Assembly (NCBI GenBank): GCA_030649345.1 | Contig: JAUSKK010000042.1 | Span: forward strand, 14,408-46,407 | From: Candidatus Iainarchaeum sp. | GTDB taxonomy: Archaea; Iainarchaeota; Iainarchaeia; Iainarchaeales; 0-14-0-20-34-12 | Length of the DNA: 32,000 nucleotides | Direction: 5' to 3' | Shown here: piece by piece, positions 22,567 to 29,600 of the stretch | How the letters are laid out: each line of letters opens with the position of its first letter | Numbering within the stretch: position 1 is the stretch's first letter | Position numbers and translations under genes: made by a program | Notes under the pieces: generated by a model | Databases searched by the model: none | What the model saw: the letters and a program-made list of their open reading frames with translations, nothing else | Told to the model about the DNA's origin: nothing

Positions 22567-23174
22567 AAAAAAGAATTGCACAAATACTGGAAAGAAAAAA
22601 AAGTAAAGAAAAAGAATTAGAACTGGAATTGGGAAAAGGACTGCAGGAAATTGGACTTCAAATTAGTTTGGGATTTTCATTGGAACATTGTTTTTCCAGA
22701 ATAGCCAAAAAAGAAGGCATTCTTGGAAACGAATTTCGAATCATTCAAGAAGACATGGAAAAACACGGAAAAGGATTAACCCAAGCCATTATGAATGCCG
22801 TGCACCGGCATTCATCTAAATCCATTAAGCAGGCGTTTCTGCAATTGATTTTTGTATACGAACACGGAAATCAAGCAGAACAAGAAGCTGAATCTTTGGA
22901 AAAAATTGGCTCCGAAATAATGAAAGTCAAAATTATGGAATTGCGCGAATACCATTCCAAGATTTCAGTTTATTCCATATTTTTTGTAACTTTGTCAGCC
23001 ATTGTGCCTGCATTGTTTCTAGGATTTGCAATTATTGGTTCTGCATTTTTAGATCTAGGGCTAACTTCTTTGGAAATATGGATGATCACTGGATTCATTT
23101 TCCCTTTCTTGAATTTTTGTTTACTGCTTGGAATTCAGGAAAAAACACCGAATTTAGTTCGTACACGGAGATAA
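22545..23174 (+). CDS. T2SSF-domain (TadB/TadC/FlaJ-like) membrane platform protein, half-size (209 aa)
   Basis: Cytoplasmic helical domain (GLQISLGFSLEHCFSRIAKKEGILGNEFRIIQEDMEKHGKGLTQAI...SIKQAFLQLIFVYEHG) followed by two TM segments. Overlaps the ATPase 3' end by 22 nt. Confidence 0.7.
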   Translation: MEKLEKLKKRIAQILERKKSKEKELELELGKGLQEIGLQISLGFSLEHCFSRIAKKEGILGNEFRIIQEDMEKHGKGLTQAIMNAVHRHSSKSIKQAFLQLIFVYEHGNQAEQEAESLEKIGSEIMKVKIMELREYHSKISVYSIFFVTLSAIVPALFLGFAIIGSAFLDLGLTSLEIWMITGFIFPFLNFCLLLGIQEKTPNLVRTRR

Positions 23175-23176
23175 TT

Positions 23177-23995
23177 ATGAATTGGAAAAAAACAGGCTTG
23201 CAGGGATTTGCATTCAGTTTAATGATTTGGGTTGCATTGGAATGGATGCATTCCAACTGGATCGAAAATTTAGGAATTTTTGCCGCCAGCTTTGTCGGAT
23301 TTAGTATTGTAAACTACAGCTGGATAGAATATAAAAAAGAACAAACTCAAAGAAAGCTTAGAAATGAAAGCTTGGAGTTTTTACTGGAAGCCAATTTATT
23401 TTCAGAAAACATGAGCGTAGAACAAATGATTTATGAATTTGCAAAAAATGAAAACAATCTAGGAAAAGAATTCAAGCAGGCCCAAATAGAATTAGAAAAA
23501 GGAAATAGCGTAGAGCAAGTTTTGAAAAATTTAAAAAAACGAAACGGACACAGTATTGAGCGATTGATTGAATTAATGGAATGGGCTCAAATTAGCAAAG
23601 TTTCCCAGAAAGCATTTCGGTTGGCAGCAGCACAAGAATTGGAGCAAAAAAGTGTAGAAACAGAAGGGAAAAGCATTCAATGGATTCAAAAATATACTAT
23701 TTTATTGGCTGCAGCAATCTTGGTTCCTGGAATTTTAGGCATGATGGCCAGCACAGTTCATACCTTAGGAAATTTAAATTTAAATTTTTTAGGAATAGAA
23801 AACAGTTCAGGAAATCAAACAGAAATTACGCAAACTGCAGTACAGGCAGCTCAAGCATATATTGCAGTCAATGCTTTGATGTGCAGTTATTTTTTAGGAA
23901 TTCAAGAAGGACAAAAAAAGAAATGGATTATCTATGCCTTGAGTACTTTGCCAATTGCATTTACAGTGTTTTACTGGATTCAAGGAGGAACATAA
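23177..23995 (+). CDS. T2SSF-domain (TadC/FlaJ-like) membrane platform protein (272 aa)
   Basis: Two N-terminal TM segments. Helical domain (MSVEQMIYEFAKNENNLGKEFKQAQIELEKGNSVEQVLKNLKKRNGHS). Three C-terminal TM segments. The ATG is 2 nt after the upstream stop. Confidence 0.7.
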   Translation: MNWKKTGLQGFAFSLMIWVALEWMHSNWIENLGIFAASFVGFSIVNYSWIEYKKEQTQRKLRNESLEFLLEANLFSENMSVEQMIYEFAKNENNLGKEFKQAQIELEKGNSVEQVLKNLKKRNGHSIERLIELMEWAQISKVSQKAFRLAAAQELEQKSVETEGKSIQWIQKYTILLAAAILVPGILGMMASTVHTLGNLNLNFLGIENSSGNQTEITQTAVQAAQAYIAVNALMCSYFLGIQEGQKKKWIIYALSTLPIAFTVFYWIQGGT

Positions 23996-24051
23996 TGGCT
24001 ACAACCCAAAAAGACAAAGAATTATATATATCTATATATACATATATAATT

Positions 24052-24282
24052 ATGGCTAAATTAATTGCAGTTTCAGAACCCGCATACCAAGAACTTAAAA
24101 ATTTGAAAAAAGAAAATGAATCTTTTTCAAAAGTAATCTTGCGATTGACAACTCAGGAAAAACAAAAGCCCTTAACTTATTTTTCAGGACTATGGAAAAA
24201 TGAAAAAGAATTCATCGGCCAATTGGAAAAAATGGTTACAGAAGACCGGAAAAAAACAAAATTAAGGTCTGTGGAACTGTAA
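24052..24282 (+). CDS. vapB: COG1753/PF02697-type VapB antitoxin (76 aa)
   Basis: MAKLIAVSEPAYQELKNLKKENESFSKVILRL. Lies directly upstream of the PIN gene. An alternative in-frame ATG at 23995 overlaps the preceding stop (TAATG). Confidence 0.75.
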   Translation: MAKLIAVSEPAYQELKNLKKENESFSKVILRLTTQEKQKPLTYFSGLWKNEKEFIGQLEKMVTEDRKKTKLRSVEL

Positions 24283-24291
24283 GGAATTTTT

Positions 24292-24681
24292 ATGTACTGC
24301 TTGGATACAAACATTATCATTGCTTGGCTTAAAGGGGATTCCAAAATCATACAAAAAATTTCAACCTTAACCAAGGCAGAAATTGGAATAACTGCAATTA
24401 CATTATGTGAATTGTACAAAGGAGCTTATTTACATGCTCAAGCCAGCGAAAAAGTTTTGCAGATAAATGAATTGGCTGACAACATTTTTTTAATGGAATT
24501 TGGAAAAAACGCCTGCCAGTTATTTGGAAAAGATTTTCTTCATCTGCAAAAAAAAGGAAAAATGACTCAGGCCATGGACTTGATTATTGCAAGCATAGCG
24601 AAAGCACATAATGCAACATTGGTTACCCGCAATTTAAAGGATTTTGAAAATATTTCTGAACTAAAAATTGAAGTTTGGTAG
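24292..24681 (+). CDS. vapC: PIN-domain ribonuclease toxin VapC
   Basis: MYCLDTNIIIAWL, TLCELYKG, AMDLIIASIA, LVTRNLKDF. AAGGAA lies upstream of the ATG. Confidence 0.85.
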   Translation: MYCLDTNIIIAWLKGDSKIIQKISTLTKAEIGITAITLCELYKGAYLHAQASEKVLQINELADNIFLMEFGKNACQLFGKDFLHLQKKGKMTQAMDLIIASIAKAHNATLVTRNLKDFENISELKIEVW

Positions 24682-24708
24682 CTGGATTTTCATAAAAATT
24701 TCAAAAAG

Positions 24709-24716
24709 TTTATAAA
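24709..24716 (+). promoter_or_regulatory. TATA box (tttataaa) with an A-rich BRE-like flank for the PAC2 gene
   Basis: aaaaagTTTATAAAt is centred about 27 nt upstream of the ATG at 24740. This spacing is typical of leaderless archaeal transcripts. Confidence 0.45.
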
Positions 24717-24739
24717 TCGCTTTGTTGTTAATCTGATAT

Positions 24740-25486
24740 ATGGATACGTGCACAGTTTGTTTTGTTGAAAAAGAAAAAGTAGATTTGAAAGGATATACTT
24801 TAATTGAAGGATTTCCAGGAATTGGCTTGGTGGGAACCATTGCAGCAAAATATCTTTTAGAAAAAATGCAATTTGAGTACTCCGGCCATGTGGAATGCAG
24901 TGACTTTGCGCCTGTAATTCGAGTGCATAAAGGAATTCCTTTGCATCCTGCCCGAATTTATGTGAACTCCAAAAATAAATTAGCTGTCTTGATTGCCGAA
25001 CAAATGATTGAAAGCAAAACAACGGAAACACTTGCAGAAAAAATGGTTGCCTGGATTAAAAGCAAAAATATTAAACGAGTTATTTCCATTGCAGGAATTC
25101 ATGCAGAAGGTACAGCCAGCAATGAAGTATACGGAATTGCCAGTCATTCAGAATCCTTAAAAGAATTGGAAAAATTTGGAGTAAAAATTATTGAAGATGG
25201 ATTAACTACAGGAGTCACTGCACTTATTTTATTGAAATTAAATAAAGAAAAAACAATTCTAGCCTATTCGTTGTTAGGGAATGTAAATTTAACTGCAGAT
25301 TATAAAACAGCTGCAGTAATTATTGAAAAATTGAATGCTATTTTAGGATTAAATATTGACGCCAAGCCTTTGCTGGAAGAAGCCAAAAGCATGGAAGAAT
25401 TGGTCAAAAAACAAATCAATCAAATTAAAGAAACACAGGAAAAAACCGAAAAATACATGGATAAAGGCCCGCAAATGTATGCTTAA
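24740..25486 (+). CDS. PAC2-family proteasome assembly chaperone
   Basis: LIEGFPGIGLVGTIAAKYLLEKM N-terminal signature, IYV...KLAVLIAEQ, ISIAGIH, and a C-terminal acidic coiled tail. Typical of archaeal PF09754 proteins. Confidence 0.85.
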   Translation: MDTCTVCFVEKEKVDLKGYTLIEGFPGIGLVGTIAAKYLLEKMQFEYSGHVECSDFAPVIRVHKGIPLHPARIYVNSKNKLAVLIAEQMIESKTTETLAEKMVAWIKSKNIKRVISIAGIHAEGTASNEVYGIASHSESLKELEKFGVKIIEDGLTTGVTALILLKLNKEKTILAYSLLGNVNLTADYKTAAVIIEKLNAILGLNIDAKPLLEEAKSMEELVKKQINQIKETQEKTEKYMDKGPQMYA

Positions 25487-25550
25487 TTAAATCCAGTGAC
25501 AAAAAGAATATTTATTAAGAAGAACAGATACTATTATTTAGGATAAGATT

Positions 25551-26585
25551 ATGCCAGCTTTACGTGAACGGAAATACGAACATAGAACTAGGGAACGCGG
25601 ACATGGAACTAATTTAAGACGAATTCACGAAAACAGAGGACAAAAGCATAAGTATCAAATGGATCCAGAAATTATTCAAGCAATTGCAGAAAAACTGGAA
25701 GAAGTCACTAAACAACCCAAGCGAAAAGACCCTGATTCTTTAGAACGATTGGCTTTACTGCATAGCTTTGGAAAACAATACGCTCATGAACATGAAGCTG
25801 AATTAAAACAATCTCAAAAAGTGGGAATGCATCGAGAAGGAGAACCACACCATTATGCTCAAGTTCCAACAGCAGCTACTATGCGGGAAAGCACTAGAGA
25901 AACTTTGCATAAAGATGCAAAAAGTTTTGATACAGGTGCACGATTTTATGCTGAACAAGTAATGGCTGCCAGCTTGCAGGCTGGAAAAATGGTTAGTTCG
26001 CAAACTTTAAACCATTTTCAAGAACTAGGAATTGACGTGCAAAAATATCAGCAAGCTTTTGCCAGAGGAGAAGGAAGACTGGGAATAAGAGCAACTGCCA
26101 AAGGAATTACTAAAATGGAACGCGTTGGATTCAATCCTTTAAATTGGGCTCTTTTTTTGAATGCTTTTGTAGTAGGTTCAGCTGGAGTGCCGGCAGAATT
26201 AATTGCCCGAAGATTGGGCGCCAATCCCAGCTGGGGGACATTGGCCAATACGCGTATTGGAAAAAGTTTGGGTTTGCAGGGAATGGAAAAAAGATTGGAT
26301 TCAGCTGTAAAGCAAGCACATACTTCTCATAAAACAGCTCATGTTTTAGAACAAGGAATGAGCTTGATTACAAAACAATTGGAACATGAATTAAAAAATC
26401 CAGCAACAGCTCCGAAAGCCAAAGAAAATTATTATACTCGCTTGCGGGTAATTCAAGATGCACATTTTGACATTGTGGCATTATTGGGCAAAGGAAAAAT
26501 TGCTGAAGCTGAAGCATTGGTTCAAAAAGCAGTACATGAATTAGCAAATCCGCAAAGTCAAAGACATAGCGGAGAACATCATTAA
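25551..26585 (+). CDS. Hypothetical protein (344 aa): basic/His-rich termini, one hydrophobic segment, locally GC-enriched
   Basis: Open frame with ATG. MPALRERKYEHRTRERGHGTNLRRIHENRGQKHK ... FNPLNWALFLNAFVVGSAGVP ... QSQRHSGEHH. No recognisable domain. Four overlapping spurious ORFs in other frames indicate stop-poor (higher GC) composition. Confidence 0.6.
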   Translation: MPALRERKYEHRTRERGHGTNLRRIHENRGQKHKYQMDPEIIQAIAEKLEEVTKQPKRKDPDSLERLALLHSFGKQYAHEHEAELKQSQKVGMHREGEPHHYAQVPTAATMRESTRETLHKDAKSFDTGARFYAEQVMAASLQAGKMVSSQTLNHFQELGIDVQKYQQAFARGEGRLGIRATAKGITKMERVGFNPLNWALFLNAFVVGSAGVPAELIARRLGANPSWGTLANTRIGKSLGLQGMEKRLDSAVKQAHTSHKTAHVLEQGMSLITKQLEHELKNPATAPKAKENYYTRLRVIQDAHFDIVALLGKGKIAEAEALVQKAVHELANPQSQRHSGEHH

Positions 26586-26669
26586 ATTTTCTATTTTTTT
26601 AAAAAATTAATTACTCATTCTTTTTTAAAGTTCAAAAATCTTTTTTTATTCTTAAATTTTTTTTAATTA
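26586..26669. terminator. Bidirectional oligo-T / oligo-A termination zone between convergent genes
   Basis: 84-nt gap with T7, T6, T7 and T8 runs on the plus strand and A5-A6 runs that read as oligo-T on the minus strand. Archaeal terminators are oligo-T tracts. Confidence 0.4.
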
Positions 26670-29600
26670 TTAATTCTTTTTTGAATTTAACAGTAATTGC
26701 GTTCCCGCAAAACTGATGGCCAGCAATAAAACAAATATTAGCAAAGCCAAAGGTTGTTCTGGAACAGAAGGCAAATTAAATCCAGATGAACTGGGTTGAG
26801 CTAAATTTAAGCTTAACACATTTCCAGAAGCTACTGAATTGGCTTTTCCATCCGAACCCACTTTGGTTAAAATTCCGTCTCTAAATGCTTCAATTAAAGG
26901 CAATAAATTTCCATTCTGTGGATACCAGTTGCCTGTATTGGGATCATACCAAAAGCTTCCATTTTTACCTTGCGCCCCCAATAAAGTTTCCGGCACTTCG
27001 TTATTGTATTGAATGGTTGGAATTCCATTGGGTGCAGAAAATTCTAAATTATGTTCTTTTCCATTTTCGTCTACAACCTTAATTCCATTTGGAGTAGTGA
27101 TCAAAGATTTAATGGGTGCTTCATACACATCGCCTGTATTTTTGTCCAAAATACTAATAAAGTTTTTACATTCTCCATTCACGCGCTTGGAATAAAACGA
27201 AAATCTTTTGGTTGCAGTTTCAAAAGATTGAAATGGACCCATTTTATCCAAAGAAGTATTAAAATTATTTACATTTTGAGCAATTTGCGGAGATCCTGGT
27301 TTAGGAACAGCAGATAAATCGAATGCAGGTTCAGTACATCCAGTTTCAGGATTAATTACATCATTTTGTTTTACATTCAAACCAATGACATCGTCTTGAT
27401 TAATAATTGCTTTTTTGTTTCGCTTTAACCAAACCAACAATTCATTGGTTTCTGGCTTGACAATAATTACTCCGTGTTCGAATTGCACTGAATCCAAAAA
27501 ACCAATGTCTTTGGTTTCGAAATTTAATAATTTAGTTTCACGATTGCCCAAGACTTGAACTCTTGCATTCGGACCTTCCACAAATCTTCGAACTATACCA
27601 TCGGCTACAATTCGTCCATTTTCTTTCCAAGCTTGAATATTGGCATGGCTGTCGGTTGCCATATTGATTACTTTTCCAAATACTTCGCTTAAGTTATTGG
27701 AATTCAAAGCAATACCAGTTTGTTCCAGTACTGTAGCTTGAATACAATTCAAAATTACAGGATCTATAACCATTAAGTCTGAATTAATAGTCATTTCAAA
27801 CATGATTCCTTGGCCAGTCATTGGAACATATCCTAACCTGTTTGGAAATTGTTCTGCAGTATTATCTGTATTCGTAGAAGACAAACGCACAGTATCTGGA
27901 TTGGTTAACAAATCAGTAACAGTTTTCACTCCGTCTTTTTCTTGGGTTGCAGTAGCTTTGCCTGTTTTGTAATCAATGTCTACATCAATTTTGTGTTTTT
28001 CATCCGAAATAATTCTTTTTCCTTCAGTCTTGTATCCAAGCGGATCCACTTCTCCTCTAAACCATAAAGACAACAATTCTTGGCCGACTAAATTTCCTTG
28101 AGCATTTCCAATAGTTTCAATATAGGCTTCAATGATTTCATTTTTTTTAGATTGATCTAAAAATTGAGCAACTTCTTTATTCAATCCTTCAGCTTCTTTG
28201 TGAGTATACGATGCTTCACTGCTTTTGAACCAGCCAGTGACTGTATCCGCAAACTTTTGCAGTCCTTCGACTGCTTTCTTGGAAGCTTCTTGTTTGGCTT
28301 CTTCTTTTTTGCGTTCTTCTTCTTTGCTGGCGGCAAACAAATGATTGTAGTATCCTTCAATATGATCTACACAATCCTGCAATTTCGGAGCAACAATAGT
28401 TTGCTGGGCAATGCTTGCAGTAATGGCAGCCCAGCCAAATACCATATAACCTACACTATCTATTCCAGCCATATACAATCCAATGGCTGCAGTATTTTTT
28501 TGTTTGGAATTACGTGTAGCTTGTTGTGCACTTAAGCCGGGTAAAATTTCAGCTGCATTGGGCCCAACATCAATTAAGCCGGAAGTTAAAACAGTGCCTA
28601 CACTGAATTCTTTAATAATATCTGCACAAGTTTCTTTTTTTTGCACAGCTTCGCTTAATTTAATTTCTCCGCTGGCAATAGAATCGTTTTTAACTTTTCC
28701 AGCTAAGTCAGTGTGATGTACAAATGTAATTAAAGTCTGGCCAACTTCTTTCAAAGTTTTGTCTGTGGTGTCTTCTAAAATATACGATTTCATTTTAGTT
28801 GGACTTCTAAAAGTGCCTTGCCAGCTTTGAAAATTATTACGTGCATTCAAAACCAAAGAACAATTATCGCATTCTTGTTCTGTGCTGGAAAACAAAGCAA
28901 TATTTTCCACTTCATCTCGGCCGCCGCGGCCGCTTACAGAATTATATAAATCTTTAGCTGGCTGAAATTGATCTGCAGCAGTGCTTAAAATTTTATCAAT
29001 CGGCAAAGCATTCAAAACGCGTTTAAACATATCTCCTTGGTCAGATCCTTCGTTAGCAAAGAAATCAACATAGGCATCATCGTACAATGCAGTATCCTGC
29101 AATGGCCAACTGACTCTAAGCCAGCCATCCGATAATTGGTAAGCTGAAAATTTTTCGTTTCCAAATCCTTGCTTACCCCACCAATACGCATACATTCCAG
29201 CAGTCCATTTCGGTCCACCTTTAAGTGAAAAATAATCTGTTAAAAGTTCATCTCTTTCAGAGAAAGCTTTGCTTAAAATATTGGTGTAAGTATGATTTCC
29301 CAAGCCTCGTTCTAAAGCACTTAAATACATTTGTTCAGTATTACGCAAAGGCTCCCAAGCAGCAGTCATGACTGCACGTTTAGTAGTTGTTCGTGCAGCA
29401 AAATCTTCCGGAGTTAATTCCAAACCTTTTCGATACCCTCCGACAAATACATCTCCACGAGTTCCCAATTTGTCTTTTAAGAAAGGAGTCATTTCGGGGT
29501 CCATTTTCATTAATTCTCCTTTGTCTGTAGCAATAAACTTTTCAGTAAATCTTGGAGGATGTCTTAAAATATCTCTAGCTCTTGCATTGTCGACTCGTTT

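Noticed and set aside
23680-24051. ORF-track N-terminal extensions: 23680..24282, 8705..9049, 20938..21276, 22485..23174, 23078..23995, and the GTG/TTG starts at 7756, 17261, 18327, 21223 and 10363.
   Set aside because: The extensions overlap upstream genes or add residues not seen in the family N-termini. An in-frame ATG with better context exists downstream in each case. Exact starts still need experimental or comparative confirmation.
24690-25031. 113-aa minus-strand ORF overlapping the PAC2 promoter and 5' region.
   Set aside because: It is antisense to a gene with a strong family signature and has no motif or start context. The same applies to 7804..8046, 53..322, 9391..9594, 18253..18447, 20062..20253, 21825..22034 and 24177..24419, and to the antisense ORFs inside 26670..31454.
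28918-28933. A 16-nt all-G/C run (cggccgccgcggccgc) in an otherwise AT-rich gene, containing a NotI site and a palindromic gccgcggc core.
   Set aside because: It lies in frame inside the 1594-aa CDS and simply encodes GRGGR. It is too short and isolated to be an RNA gene or a structured element. It is possibly just a codon-usage oddity.
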